Shown here piece by piece: positions 17,897 to 28,549 of a stretch of 64,000 bases of DNA. Origin of the DNA: Candidatus Heimdallarchaeota archaeon (GTDB lineage Archaea; Asgardarchaeota; Heimdallarchaeia; Heimdallarchaeales; Heimdallarchaeaceae). Within the stretch, counting starts at the first letter, position 1; each line of letters opens with the position of its first letter. Location of the stretch: positions 3,414-67,413 of the forward strand of contig JAEOTE010000090.1 of assembly GCA_016839945.1 (NCBI GenBank). Reading direction: 5' to 3'. The notes beneath the pieces were generated by a model, which was not told the DNA's origin, searched no databases, and saw only the letters and a list, made by a program, of their open reading frames with translations. The position numbers and the translations under genes were made by a program.

Positions 17897-18307
17897 TTAT
17901 TTTCTTAATGGTTTAACAGCTGTGGATGCACCACAAGCATCACAACGTTTCCATAATATTCTGGATTCAGCAACTAGTTTGGTATCAGGTTTACTACACT
18001 CGTTACATATGACATATTCCTTAACGTATCTTTCCAGTAAACTTTGGAGAGTAACTCTAGCATGTTTTCCAGCGAATACAGCACGAGCACCTTCCATTGT
18101 TACAGATGTTGCTAATTCACCAGCCATAAATTTAAGAAAATGATTTTCTTCTCTATTTATTGTTTCCAAGATTTCTCTTATGTTTACAATGAAAGTTTTG
18201 TTTCCCTCAACAACTGAACGAATTATGGGTATTTCAAATCTTGATTGTTCAAAGACCTTTTCAGGTAGTTGACTTCTTGCTCGTTCAAGTAATTCTTTGT
18301 ATTCCAT
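17897..18307 (-). CDS. translation initiation factor aIF-2 subunit beta
   Basis: 136 aa. Core FLKFMAGELATSVTMEG, and a C-terminal zinc ribbon YVICNECSKPDT...CDACG. Confidence 0.9.
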   Translation of the reverse strand: MEYKELLERARSQLPEKVFEQSRFEIPIIRSVVEGNKTFIVNIREILETINREENHFLKFMAGELATSVTMEGARAVFAGKHARVTLQSLLERYVKEYVICNECSKPDTKLVAESRILWKRCDACGASTAVKPLRK

Positions 18308-18441
18308 TTTAATACCTCAACTTCCTCTTTCAGTTATCCTTTTTGTTTGTTTCGTTTAAGTCTTCTTTTTTGTTATTCATTTTCTTCATTACATCAAAAA
18401 CTATTTTAACACAAATCGTTTTCCTATTTTGAGGTTTATAT

Positions 18442-18819
18442 TTGAGTAGTAGAGGCAAAAAACCCACAAAAGGAGGAAAAAAACCTAAAAAAGGTACTCG
18501 AGCAGGAGATTGGGTTACAGCTGATTCAGATGCAATCAGAGCGCAATTACCTGGTGAAGGAGAAGTTTTTGGTATTGTTATTCAGATTTTAGGAGCTAGT
18601 ATTCTTCTAGTTAAATGTCTAGATGGTTTTACAAGACAAATTCGTATCCCAGGTAAATATCGAAAACGTCTTTGGTGTAGAGTTGGGGATGTAGTTATTA
18701 TTATGCCTTTCTATGGTATGAATCCAGATGAAAAGGGAGAGCTCGTTCATCGTTTTCGTAGAAATGAAGTTCAATGGTTAATAAATAATAAGCATATTCC
18801 AGAGGACTTTATTTCATAA
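18442..18819 (+). CDS. translation initiation factor aIF-1A
   Basis: 125 aa. S1/OB core GEVFGIVIQILGASILLVKCLDGFTRQIRIPGKYRKRLWCRVGDVVII. TTG start with GAGGT 6 nt upstream. Confidence 0.9.
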   Translation: MSSRGKKPTKGGKKPKKGTRAGDWVTADSDAIRAQLPGEGEVFGIVIQILGASILLVKCLDGFTRQIRIPGKYRKRLWCRVGDVVIIMPFYGMNPDEKGELVHRFRRNEVQWLINNKHIPEDFIS

Positions 18820-18998
18820 TTTATTATTGTTCTTTACAATTAGATTTTGTATTAGTATAATTAGCTTCATCAATAGTTTTATTTATCTCCCAAACCGTAT
18901 TCAGATAGAAAGCTTTAGCTTTGGAATTAATCGCCCCCTAAAGCAAATCGCTCTGTTGACAAAAACTCACTCTCAATAACAGTAAATTATGTGATTAC

Positions 18999-19799
18999 AT
19001 GTCTCAAAAGGATATTGATCAAATAGATCAGAAGTTAGACAAATCTCGAATGCGAGAAAAGGATAGAGATACGCTTAAAGTAATTGAGAGTGTGTTCGAT
19101 TTTCAAACAAGCATGTTAATAGTAAAATTGATGAATAAAGGAATTTTAAAAGAAATAGGATTTGTTGTTTCAACAGGTAAAGAGGCTAATGTATACCATG
19201 CTTATGGACCTAAGAATGAAGAGTTAGCTATTAAGATTTATAGAACTACAACTGCAGATTTTAAGAGAAATTGGATGTATGTAGAAGGAGATCCACGTTT
19301 TAAACGATACAAGAAGGGGACTTATGCATTTATCTACACATGGGCAAAAAAAGAATTTAAGAATTTACAGAGAATGAACAAGGCTAATGTAAGGGTTCCA
19401 GTTCCTGTCATAGTTTCAAAAAATGTCTTAGTAATGGAGTTTATTGGTAAAAAAGAAACTGCTGCACCTCTCTTAAAGGATGTTGCAATTAAGAAACCCC
19501 AAAAAGTTTACTCAACTGTGGTAGAGTACATTTTTAGATTATACGAAGAAGGAAAACTTGTTCACGCAGATTTAAGTGAGTATAACATACTCTATTACAA
19601 TAAAGAACCCATCTTTATTGATGTCTCTCAATCCGTTCTTCTAGATCATCCACATGCTGCAGTATTTCTTTATAGAGACATAAGTAACATTAACAGGTAT
19701 TTTAGTAGTCTTGGAGTACAAATTATGACAAATGATGAACTTTATGAAAATATTACTAATTCAGAGCCTAGCCCTAAAGTTAAAGCAATCGAAATATAA
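18999..19799 (+). CDS. RIO1-type serine protein kinase
   Basis: 266 aa. STGKEANVY, catalytic LVHADLSEYNILY and metal loop IFIDVSQS. Confidence 0.85.
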   Translation: MSQKDIDQIDQKLDKSRMREKDRDTLKVIESVFDFQTSMLIVKLMNKGILKEIGFVVSTGKEANVYHAYGPKNEELAIKIYRTTTADFKRNWMYVEGDPRFKRYKKGTYAFIYTWAKKEFKNLQRMNKANVRVPVPVIVSKNVLVMEFIGKKETAAPLLKDVAIKKPQKVYSTVVEYIFRLYEEGKLVHADLSEYNILYYNKEPIFIDVSQSVLLDHPHAAVFLYRDISNINRYFSSLGVQIMTNDELYENITNSEPSPKVKAIEI

Positions 19800-20471
19800 T
19801 TGGTGTCAAATATGTCAAGTGAGTTTCTTGTGCGAATTCCCTTAGAAAGAGTAGCTGTATTAATTGGACCTAAGGGAAGTACAAAAAAGAAGATAGAAGA
19901 ATTAACCGAATGCAAACTTATGATAGATAGTAATAGTGGAGATGTTATAATTCTTGCAGAAGAAGAATTGGAAGACCCAATTAGTATGTGGAAAGCAAGA
20001 GATATGATTAAAGCTATTGGGCGTGGATTCAGTCCACAAAACGCATATAAGATTAATAATCCTGGATGGGGATTTGATTTAATTCAAATAAGAGAATTCG
20101 TAGGAACCTCACCAAACGCTTCGAGGGAAGTTAGATCTCGAGTAATAGGGAAGAATGGAAGAACGAGAAACATAATTGAACAGTCTACTGGATCAAATGT
20201 CTCAATTTTTGGGAATACGATTGGTATAATCGCAGAGTTCAACAAAGTTCAATATATCAGAGAGGGGATAATTAAACTGATCAATGGTGCTAAACATAAT
20301 ACTGTCTATAAATATTTAGAACAAAGAATGAGGGAACTTAAGGGAGATAAAGACAAACTATGGGTAAAGCACGCAGATGAAGAGGATCTTGTTAGTATAA
20401 CCGACTTAGATGAATTAGAGAAAGTAGTTTTCGAGGAAGAGGAGAAAGCGAAAGAACAGAATGATGAATAG
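19800..20471 (+). CDS. KH-domain RNA-binding protein (archaeal Dim2/Pno1-like)
   Basis: 223 aa. Two KH-like modules (LIGPKGSTKKKIE and VIGKNGRTRNIIE). It sits in the conserved aIF1A-Rio1-KH arrangement. The start may be the ATG at 19812. Confidence 0.7.
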   Translation: MVSNMSSEFLVRIPLERVAVLIGPKGSTKKKIEELTECKLMIDSNSGDVIILAEEELEDPISMWKARDMIKAIGRGFSPQNAYKINNPGWGFDLIQIREFVGTSPNASREVRSRVIGKNGRTRNIIEQSTGSNVSIFGNTIGIIAEFNKVQYIREGIIKLINGAKHNTVYKYLEQRMRELKGDKDKLWVKHADEEDLVSITDLDELEKVVFEEEEKAKEQNDE

Positions 20472-20487
20472 TTCAAGAGAATAGGGG

Positions 20488-21138
20488 ATGATGGTTAACA
20501 TGAATCCAATTCTGTATGATTTACACATTCACAGTCACTTTTCTTTCGACTGTAAAAGTGATCCAAAAGAAATAATCAAAGTAGCTAAAAAGAAAAATTT
20601 AGCAGGAATAGCAATTACAGATCACAATAAAGTTAATTTTCACTTAAAGGAATATGATAACAAAGGTTTACTAGTAATACCTGGAATTGAAGTTTCTACT
20701 GAAAAAGGTCACGTAATAGGATTAGGTATTAAAGAGCTAATTGAGAGAAAAATGTCTGTTGCAGAAACTATTGAAAAGATATTAGAATTAGGAGGACAAC
20801 CAGTTATTCCTCACCCTTTTGATTTTACAAGAAGAGGTATTGGCAAAGAAATTTATAAACTCAAAAAAATACCCATAGAAACTCAAAATGCATCTTGTCC
20901 TTTGCAGCTATTTAATAGAAAAGCTAAGAAATGGGCTGAGAAAAACAAGCTTCCTCAAACAGGAGGAAGTGATTCTCATAGAATACAAGATATAGGTATG
21001 GCTTTTACAATCTTCAAAGAAGAGTTAGAAACTATAGATGATGTATTAGAAGCTATTAGAAAGAGAAAGTCTTCTTCAGGAGGTACTCATTTATCTATAC
21101 CTGAGAAGATTATAAGAGCTTTTCAGATTCATTTTTAA
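20488..21138 (+). CDS. PHP domain-containing phosphoesterase
   Basis: 216 aa. DLHIHSHFSFDC, ITDHN, PHPFD and GGSDSH metal-ligand motifs. Confidence 0.75.
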   Translation: MMVNMNPILYDLHIHSHFSFDCKSDPKEIIKVAKKKNLAGIAITDHNKVNFHLKEYDNKGLLVIPGIEVSTEKGHVIGLGIKELIERKMSVAETIEKILELGGQPVIPHPFDFTRRGIGKEIYKLKKIPIETQNASCPLQLFNRKAKKWAEKNKLPQTGGSDSHRIQDIGMAFTIFKEELETIDDVLEAIRKRKSSSGGTHLSIPEKIIRAFQIHF

Positions 21139-21197
21139 AATTTAATTTACATATTTTTAAACAGAAGTAGAATAAAAATAAGAGTAGAATGTGGAGC

Positions 21198-21353
21198 TTA
21201 GAAAGCGTTGTTTTTATTCCACATTTCTTCTTTTAACAAGTCACGAATTGCAACTCGTATACACTCACTTCTATTAGGGTATCTCTTTAACCTTACCAAC
21301 TCATCTAAATCATGAAGGAATTCATCTGGTAGATGTACTGTTACTAATTTCAT
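21198..21353 (-). CDS. CopG/NikR-type ribbon-helix-helix protein
   Basis: MKLVTVHLPDEFLHDLDELVRLKRYPNRSECIRVAIRDLLKEE is a classic RHH. Start taken at the internal Met, although the ORF extends to 21383. Paralog of 35914..36123. Confidence 0.65.
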   Translation of the reverse strand: MKLVTVHLPDEFLHDLDELVRLKRYPNRSECIRVAIRDLLKEEMWNKNNAF

Positions 21354-21563
21354 TTCATATACACCTCTGATTCCACTTTTCATTTTGTATTTAAAGGAAA
21401 TGTAATATTAGGAGAATATACTTCTCTATTTTCACATAATTTACTGGTATGATTCCTTCAGAAAAAGAAAGAGAAGAATTCTCTTTAAAACCTCTGGATA
21501 TCTTCCTTTTTGGGATTTAAAAGGTAATACATCTAGTTCTTAATTTTTGAAGCATATCCAGAA

Positions 21564-23615
21564 CTACTTTACTTCAGTTCCAGGAGGTACTTTTTTATCT
21601 AAATTTAGTAAAATTGGTTCACCATCAATGTCTGCAGCTAGAAGCATTCCATCAGATTTTTCACCCATCAATGTTGCAGGTTGCAAATTGGTTACAACAA
21701 CAATTTGTTTTCCCACTAATTTCTCAGGTTCATAATGTTGTTTAATTCCAGCAAGAATTTGTCTTTCTTCTGTTCCTAAGTCTATTTGTAATTTTATTAA
21801 ATTCTTACTTTTTTCCAATGGAGTAGCACTTTTTATTGTAGCTATCTTAATTTGAACATTCTTAAATTCGTCATAAGTTATTTTATTCATTTTATTTCCA
21901 CTTTCCTTCTCTTTTTTCTTGGCTTTCTCTCTTATTTCTTTTAGATTATTTTTTATCTCATTTTCCTTAACTTTGTAGAAAATTGGTTTTATTTTCTTAA
22001 TTTTTTGTCCTGTATTTAATTTGTTTAAATCAATGGTTTCTAACCCTTCATCCACAGGTTTTCCATTGAATCCTAAAGCTAACCAAATCTTTTCTGACGC
22101 ATTAGGTATAATAGGCCACAAAAGAATAGATATTACTTCAGAAATTTTAGCTGAAAGATTCAGAACAGTTCCAGTTTTTTCTTTGTCTTTCTTAATTAAA
22201 TGCCAAGGTTCAACAGATGAGAAGTATTGATTACCTAGTCTAGCAATGTTTACAGCAATGTTCGTTGCATCTTTGATTTTGAAATTATCCATTGCTTTAA
22301 GATAAGATTCAATATTTTCCTCTATTTTAGTGAGTAATTCTTCCTCTATGTCTGTTAACTTTCCTCTTTTAGGGATTTTTCCTTCAAAATGCTGGATTGT
22401 AAATGTAATTGTTCTATGTATGAAGTTACCTACGACATCATTGAGATCAACATTGATAGTAGAAGCAAAATCATCCCATTCAAAGTAGAAATCTTTAAGC
22501 TCTGCTCTGTTAACACTCATAAAGTATCTCCAATAATCTGCAGGCAATGTTTCTATAGCTTCATCACACCATATTCCTATACCTTTTGACTTAGAGAAAG
22601 GTCCTTCTTTGAACTGGATGAAGTTTGTTGTTGCAACAGCATAAGGTAATGGATAAGAATCTCCTGTTGCTAAGAGCATTGCAGGAAAAATCAAAGCATG
22701 AAATATTATATTGTCCTTACCAATACAGAAGACTGTTTTTGTATTTTTGTCTAACCAAAAATCCTTGAAGCGTTCTGGTTTTTCTTGTTCTTCTGCTAGT
22801 AATTTAACTGTACTAATATAACCAAGAACATTTTCAAACCAAACATAGAGAACTTTGTCTTTATACTCTTCACCAAAGATTGGGGCAATTGGAATGCCCC
22901 AAGTCATATCTCGTGAAATTGGTCTTTCAATCAAACCTTCTTCAATCATACTTAGAAGTTTTTGTTTTGCGAATATTGGAATATGTTTATTCTCTTTAGC
23001 GAATTTGTTCAATTCCTTAGAGAAAGCTGGAAGATCAAAATACCAATGACTAGTTTTCCTAAGGACAGGTTTTCGAAGGCAAGTTATACAATGAGGTTTG
23101 ATTAAATCAGTAGGTTTGAGTATGGCTTCACACTCAGGATTGGTGCATTGATCACCTCTAGCACCTTCTGCATTACATATTGGACATTTTCCTTCTACAA
23201 ATCTATCTGGAAGAAATCTTTTATCGTGTTCACAATAAAATTGTTCTGTTTCTTTGAGTTTGAAATATCCATTCTTATGTATTTTTTTATGAAATCCTTG
23301 AACAAACGATATGTGTGTTGGATTATGAGTTATTGTATATTTATCAAATTCAATATTCCATTCTTCTAGAAGTTTTAGGGTTTGATTATGATATTTTGAT
23401 GCTAATTCTTCTGGAGATAATCCTGCGGCTTCTGCTGCAACTACAATTGGTGTACCATGGGCATCAGATCCACTAACATAGATAACATCATGTTTTCTAA
23501 GCTTATGATAACGAGTTATTACATCTCCCCACAATAATTGGGAAAAAGTCCCTAAATGAGGTACATAATTTACATATGGCCATGCTGCCGTGATTACCCA
23601 TTTCTCTTTAGACAT
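21564..23615 (-). CDS. metG: methionine--tRNA ligase with C-terminal tRNA-binding (Trbp111/EMAP-like) domain
   Basis: 683 aa. WPYVNYVPHLGT (HIGH region), zinc knuckles CPICN...CTNPEC...CITC, PFSKSKG (KMSKS region). C-terminal VTNLQPATLMGEKSDGMLLAA is an OB-fold. Confidence 0.9.
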   Translation of the reverse strand: MSKEKWVITAAWPYVNYVPHLGTFSQLLWGDVITRYHKLRKHDVIYVSGSDAHGTPIVVAAEAAGLSPEELASKYHNQTLKLLEEWNIEFDKYTITHNPTHISFVQGFHKKIHKNGYFKLKETEQFYCEHDKRFLPDRFVEGKCPICNAEGARGDQCTNPECEAILKPTDLIKPHCITCLRKPVLRKTSHWYFDLPAFSKELNKFAKENKHIPIFAKQKLLSMIEEGLIERPISRDMTWGIPIAPIFGEEYKDKVLYVWFENVLGYISTVKLLAEEQEKPERFKDFWLDKNTKTVFCIGKDNIIFHALIFPAMLLATGDSYPLPYAVATTNFIQFKEGPFSKSKGIGIWCDEAIETLPADYWRYFMSVNRAELKDFYFEWDDFASTINVDLNDVVGNFIHRTITFTIQHFEGKIPKRGKLTDIEEELLTKIEENIESYLKAMDNFKIKDATNIAVNIARLGNQYFSSVEPWHLIKKDKEKTGTVLNLSAKISEVISILLWPIIPNASEKIWLALGFNGKPVDEGLETIDLNKLNTGQKIKKIKPIFYKVKENEIKNNLKEIREKAKKKEKESGNKMNKITYDEFKNVQIKIATIKSATPLEKSKNLIKLQIDLGTEERQILAGIKQHYEPEKLVGKQIVVVTNLQPATLMGEKSDGMLLAADIDGEPILLNLDKKVPPGTEVK

Positions 23616-23870
23616 TGTTAATCACCTTATCCAATTTTACTTTAATTCTCAGTTTCTCTTCTTTAGACTCCAGAAAACTTATTGTTTTTTGTGTCTTTTG
23701 GAAAGAATCTAAATTTGATGGTGAAAGAAACTTTACACTAAATAAATTTGCAAAAAGAAGTTCAGAATCCTTTTTGGGAGTCCATTTCGTGATTCCTCTG
23801 CAAAACCACTTTACCACCAATTCCTACAATATGCTTCCTATTTAAAAAGTTAATGTATACAAATGTGCAT

Positions 23871-25007
23871 TTACTTATTAGACAGTTTGTAGTACAGCTT
23901 CTCGATTTGGTTTGTTACATTTTGAAAAGAAAATTCCTTTCTTATTCTTTTTCTAGCTTTTTGTGCTTTGTTTACATAAACAGAATAATTCTCAATCATG
24001 CTAATAATAGCAGTCTCTAAAGATTTGACATTTCCAACCTCAAAGAGTATCCCATCATCACCATTTCTTAAAAGACGAGGTATATCTCCTATATTTGAAG
24101 CAATTACTGGTATCCCCATGGCCATAGCTTCAATAATGATTGTTGGAGAGCCTTCCCAAAAACTTGGCAATACTAAAACATTAGTTTTACTAAGAAGGTT
24201 GGGTATAGATGAATGTTCTACAGCTCCATAGATTTTAACTCGTTTTTCTTTTTTGAATACCTCTTTTAATACTGAATAAAGCGAACCATAACCAATGAAC
24301 CAAAAAGAAAGTTTCTTTGTTCTCTTGAGAAGTGTTTTGATAACTTCAGTGTAATAACCAACACCTTTCCAAGGTTCTAAATCACCAATATATGTAATTA
24401 TTTGATCATTATTTATTTCTGGTTCTACTTCAGGAAAGACTTCTAGGTTTATTGCGTTATTAACAATCATTACCCTTTCTTTTCTTCTGTGGATAGTATT
24501 TTTTAGTAAATCAGCATCATATGCACTGACTGATGCTATGATATCTGCTTGAGATAGAACAAATCGTCCTAAAGTAATATCATAAAATTTCTTTGCGAAT
24601 TCTTTCACAAAACCTGTTCTATACGGAGGACTACCCACACCCCCATGGATGTGTAGAAGTGTTGGAATTTTTCTAAGCATCTTAGCAATAGCAGCTTGGA
24701 TTGTTGTAAAATAAATGAATGAATGTACATGAAAAACATCTACATTCTGAACTTTCAGTAATTTATGAAGCATAATGCATGCAGGATTTATTCCAAAAAC
24801 ATCCCAAGGACTGAAAAACCTATGAACTGTCATGTTTGTATAATAGCTTTGGTAAGGAACCTCTGTTGACTTTTTTGTTGTAAAGACATCAATGTAATGA
24901 CCCTTTTTGACAAGTTCTTTTGAAAGATAACTTACATATCGTTCAGTTCCTCCATAGGTCTTCGAATCGAAAAAAGGAGTCACTTGGACAATATGTAAAG
25001 AATCCAT
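23871..25007 (-). CDS. GT4-family glycosyltransferase
   Basis: 378 aa. N-terminal GGTERYV, and C-terminal LPSFWEGSPTIIIEAMAMGIPVIASNIG (E-x7-E region). Confidence 0.8.
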   Translation of the reverse strand: MDSLHIVQVTPFFDSKTYGGTERYVSYLSKELVKKGHYIDVFTTKKSTEVPYQSYYTNMTVHRFFSPWDVFGINPACIMLHKLLKVQNVDVFHVHSFIYFTTIQAAIAKMLRKIPTLLHIHGGVGSPPYRTGFVKEFAKKFYDITLGRFVLSQADIIASVSAYDADLLKNTIHRRKERVMIVNNAINLEVFPEVEPEINNDQIITYIGDLEPWKGVGYYTEVIKTLLKRTKKLSFWFIGYGSLYSVLKEVFKKEKRVKIYGAVEHSSIPNLLSKTNVLVLPSFWEGSPTIIIEAMAMGIPVIASNIGDIPRLLRNGDDGILFEVGNVKSLETAIISMIENYSVYVNKAQKARKRIRKEFSFQNVTNQIEKLYYKLSNK

Positions 25008-25018
25008 GTTTTTTTCAC

Positions 25019-26674
25019 CTATATATGATATAAAAGATAATTCTTACCATTACTTGTTACTAGATGGAAAGTTGGAAGGGTTAGTTGAAGTGAGTTTAGA
25101 TAGTATGATATGTTGCTACTTGACAAAATCAAAGGAGTGCCTAACCATTGATCCATCGTTACACTAATTACAATGAAACGAAGATGCGTTGATATTAGTC
25201 TAAATCTGTTTTGTTCCATAGAAGAGTTAGCATCCAATAATAAGGGTATTCTGTAAATATCGATACCTTCAATGTATTTTGAAATAGAAAAAGGCACACT
25301 CATGCTATTGTTATATACGGTCATATTAACATAACTCTGCATGCTATTTGCAAAAGTTACATTTTGATAATCATTAGTTAAATTATAGCCAGGAAGATAC
25401 TGTTTCCCCAAATAATTAATACTCAAATATGAATTAAAAAGCAAAACAGACAGCAAAATAGGGATCCATCTTCTTTTTAGGGTTTTCAATAAGCTTGAAA
25501 CTGATAAATAAGCTAAAAGTCCTATGAAAATCAGAGTAAAGATAAAGGTACGTGGAGCTACCCATGAGAGCTCATGCTCTGTAGAACTGAATGTTAATGA
25601 GAATACAACAGTCAGACCATAAAAACAAAAACCTAATGCAAACAGTGCATATTTGATATTGTCTGGGAAGAAGAGTGCTACACCACTTAGAAGAACGACA
25701 ATAATTAGCTCAACCGTTATATACCAAGAAGGGAGGTTTGCACTGTAGATAAATAAACCTATGATTTCCACCAATATAATGGCCCCAACAATGAAAGCTA
25801 AGGAATATTTTGTAAATTTACGTTTGGAAAAGAATTCCGAAATCTTTTTTCCGTATCTTCTTCTAATTATAAAACCGATTAAAGTTATGATTACCCATAA
25901 AGCTAAGAAAGAGAATTCATTTTTGATAAAGACATTGAAAAGGGTTTCATATGTTTCATTTTGTGACAAATAGTAATTCACTATTTCAAATTCTCTTGAG
26001 TTAAGGATTGTTCTAACAATTATGACTGCAGGAATTGCATAAATGAGAGATAAAATCGATTTATAGTTCTCAGCTAGAAAAATACTCGTAATAAAAATAA
26101 CAGGAAGTAAAAATAAGGCAGATAAATGATGGACTCTCACAGTTACAATTGCTAAAAATCCTGCGATAATTTGTGATCGGAAGCTTTCAGGTTTACATAA
26201 ATACAAATATACACACAAGCTAAACAATCCTATTCCTAAGGAATTTGGCCTTCCCAGAAACATTTGGATTCCAATAATAGCAGGATACAGTAATATTAAC
26301 GAAAAATATTGAAGATTAATATCATTCGGAATATATCCTCTTTTTTTCTTCTCTACTTGACGTATAAAAGCAATGACAGATAAATCGAATATCAAAATTG
26401 GTATTATTACGCTTATAAATTCATAAATTATCTCTGTGTTCAGACCAGTTAGAAGTGAAATGGCTGATGCAAAAACATGGAAACCTACAAAGTCATAGTA
26501 TGATTTAGCAATGTTTACTTCAATAATTTGATTATTTTGTATTATGGAATCAACATACTGTCGATGTATGTGGGCATCAAATCCATACATCCCAACATTG
26601 AAATAAAGAATAAGAAAAATTAATGCTATTTTTCCTATTAAAATAGCTGGGATATAGAGAGATTTACGATTCAC
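25019..26674 (-). CDS. large polytopic membrane protein, possible GT-C-type glycosyltransferase or glycan polymerase
   Basis: 551 aa, at least 12 hydrophobic spans plus a C-terminal soluble domain of about 120 aa. Sits inside the glycosylation gene cluster. No WWDYG (STT3/AglB) motif seen, so the functional call comes from context only. Confidence 0.35.
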   Translation of the reverse strand: MNRKSLYIPAILIGKIALIFLILYFNVGMYGFDAHIHRQYVDSIIQNNQIIEVNIAKSYYDFVGFHVFASAISLLTGLNTEIIYEFISVIIPILIFDLSVIAFIRQVEKKKRGYIPNDINLQYFSLILLYPAIIGIQMFLGRPNSLGIGLFSLCVYLYLCKPESFRSQIIAGFLAIVTVRVHHLSALFLLPVIFITSIFLAENYKSILSLIYAIPAVIIVRTILNSREFEIVNYYLSQNETYETLFNVFIKNEFSFLALWVIITLIGFIIRRRYGKKISEFFSKRKFTKYSLAFIVGAIILVEIIGLFIYSANLPSWYITVELIIVVLLSGVALFFPDNIKYALFALGFCFYGLTVVFSLTFSSTEHELSWVAPRTFIFTLIFIGLLAYLSVSSLLKTLKRRWIPILLSVLLFNSYLSINYLGKQYLPGYNLTNDYQNVTFANSMQSYVNMTVYNNSMSVPFSISKYIEGIDIYRIPLLLDANSSMEQNRFRLISTHLRFIVISVTMDQWLGTPLILSSSNISYYLNSLQLTLPTFHLVTSNGKNYLLYHI

Positions 26675-26676
26675 AA

Positions 26677-27363
26677 TTACACCTTTTTATATTCTTCTAA
26701 ATAAAGTTTTATTGACTCTTCTGGTTCTAAAATTGGTGAACCATGTCCTGGCATTATGGCTTTTGGATTGGATGTTTGAAACATTTTTATTGAGGAATTT
26801 ATTGCTTGATCATAATCCAGAGCATAGTTTTTGTCTGGAGGGAGAATCGCAGTTCCTTCTTTATTAGTATTAATGATATCATTACAGAACAATGCTTGTG
26901 TTTCAATGTCTTCAAGAGCAATTGTTCCTGGCGTATGACCAGGTAGATGAAGTATTCTTAATCCATGAACAATTTCATTATCCTCTACAAGCTTATCAAC
27001 ATTACAGGCAGGTATAGCCATAATTTTATCCAGAAGTTTAAACATAAATCCTGAAAAACCTCCTCTGGTTGGAAATTCTTCAGTTTTCATTATGTATCCG
27101 CTTTCTTTTTTATGTGATATTATTTCAGAATCATATAATCTAACTAACGTTTTAAGACCTGCAGTGTGATCTTGATGAGCATGTGTTACAAATATAGCTT
27201 TGAGGATTTTATTAGGACATTGTTCGCTGATTTTTTGAGTAATCTTTTTCGCTTTCTTGGACATTCCAGCATCTATCAAAATACAATATTCATCTCTCTC
27301 AATTAAGTAACAATTTACAAAACCTGGAATAAAAAAGATTTTTTCAAAAAATCTCATGCTCAA
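26677..27363 (-). CDS. MBL-fold metallo-hydrolase
   Basis: 228 aa. THAHQDHTAG (H-x-H-x-DH) and later HLPGHTPG. Confidence 0.8.
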   Translation of the reverse strand: MSMRFFEKIFFIPGFVNCYLIERDEYCILIDAGMSKKAKKITQKISEQCPNKILKAIFVTHAHQDHTAGLKTLVRLYDSEIISHKKESGYIMKTEEFPTRGGFSGFMFKLLDKIMAIPACNVDKLVEDNEIVHGLRILHLPGHTPGTIALEDIETQALFCNDIINTNKEGTAILPPDKNYALDYDQAINSSIKMFQTSNPKAIMPGHGSPILEPEESIKLYLEEYKKV

Positions 27364-27388
27364 CTATAACTCTATCTAGATTTTAAAA

Positions 27389-28549
27389 TTATTCTATTTT
27401 TTGTTCGCTCTTTTTAACAAATTTCTTTTGATTACAGGATGGACACCCTATCTCTTTTAGTTGCTCAATTGTACTGTATTTTCTATCATAGCCTACTTCT
27501 AACACTTTCTTGCAGTTTTGGCATTCGTAAAAACGTACAGAAGGGGATTTGTCTCCAGTGTAAATAGAACCTTCAAAAATTCCTGAGATTATTGGGGATA
27601 AAGGAGGAACTGCTACTAACCTATAGAATGCTGAAACCCCTCCAATTTTCTGTGCCCCAACATATCTATTAAAGCGAGGGTAAACATTGGAGATGTAACA
27701 ATTCATATTATGAAGATCTTTTTGAACTCCTAGCTGTTCTTTTGGATTTTTAAATGGGAAGGATAGATAAATTACAGCCAATCTATTTGATGAGAGTAAT
27801 TCTATTCCTCTAGAAAGAAATAATGAGCACCCTTCTCTTGTATATGGAGGATCAGTTATAACACAATCAAAATTATCTTGAAATTCATGGGGAACTGGTT
27901 TTAGTAAATCGTGTTCAATGAATCTAATATTCTTATTAAGTTCTTTATTAGCAGAATTAATAATCTCTTCCAATCTTTTATCAACATCAAAAACTGTAAC
28001 TTTGGCGTCTGAGTGAGTGAACAAAGTCAAAGCAATACTTGTTAAATCACTATCACCTATGAATGCGTAGTTTCTTCTAAATAAATCATAATGATGACCC
28101 ATAAGCAATACTCTAGATAGACTAGTTGCAGGTGTTGCAAAAGATTGATCTATCCTTGTATCGGGTTCTCCACGCAGTTCACAAAACTTAGATAGAGTAT
28201 CAAGTTCTTTCTTGTATTTTTCAAGTGGAATTAATTTTCCTTGTTCATCACAGCTTGTACATTCTAAATTTTGATTAAAAACTCCTAAAGAAGCTAGAAT
28301 TTTTTCTCCTTCTTTAGTTAAATAAGAACCCACTTTTCCTCTTTTACACAAGTTTTTGTTAATGAATTCGTTTCTTATTGCTACACATATTGGAACGGGT
28401 AGATTGCTTTCATGTGCTATTTTCTTCATTGGTTCATTAGGGAATCTCGCAATTGCAGCTAGAACAATAATTAAACCATACTCTCCTTCTTCAATATTAA
28501 CATTCTTTTGAATATCTTGAAACACCTTAAGAAAGACATCCTTGGTCAT
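27389..28549 (-). CDS. DUF43-family (BpsA-like) aminopropyltransferase with N-terminal wHTH and C-terminal zinc ribbon
   Basis: 386 aa. FDCVITDPPYTREGCSLFLSRG matches the DUF43 / branched-chain polyamine synthase core. C-terminus has CQNC...CPSC. Confidence 0.6.
   Translation of the reverse strand: MTKDVFLKVFQDIQKNVNIEEGEYGLIIVLAAIARFPNEPMKKIAHESNLPVPICVAIRNEFINKNLCKRGKVGSYLTKEGEKILASLGVFNQNLECTSCDEQGKLIPLEKYKKELDTLSKFCELRGEPDTRIDQSFATPATSLSRVLLMGHHYDLFRRNYAFIGDSDLTSIALTLFTHSDAKVTVFDVDKRLEEIINSANKELNKNIRFIEHDLLKPVPHEFQDNFDCVITDPPYTREGCSLFLSRGIELLSSNRLAVIYLSFPFKNPKEQLGVQKDLHNMNCYISNVYPRFNRYVGAQKIGGVSAFYRLVAVPPLSPIISGIFEGSIYTGDKSPSVRFYECQNCKKVLEVGYDRKYSTIEQLKEIGCPSCNQKKFVKKSEQKIE

Noticed and set aside
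21493-21560. An 8-bp inverted repeat CTGGATAT...ATATCCAG enclosing a second hairpin (CCTTTT/AAAAGG), just 3' of metG.
   Set aside because: It is probably only a transcript-end structure. The stem is short with a 52-nt loop, and I have no other evidence for a discrete RNA.
23608-23845. ORFs of 70 aa (minus) and 76 aa (plus) in the 255-nt region upstream of metG. I also considered a structured leader.
   Set aside because: The two ORFs overlap each other on opposite strands, are low-complexity and match no family. I saw only a 6-bp distant complementarity (GACTCC/GGAGTC), which is not enough to call an RNA element.
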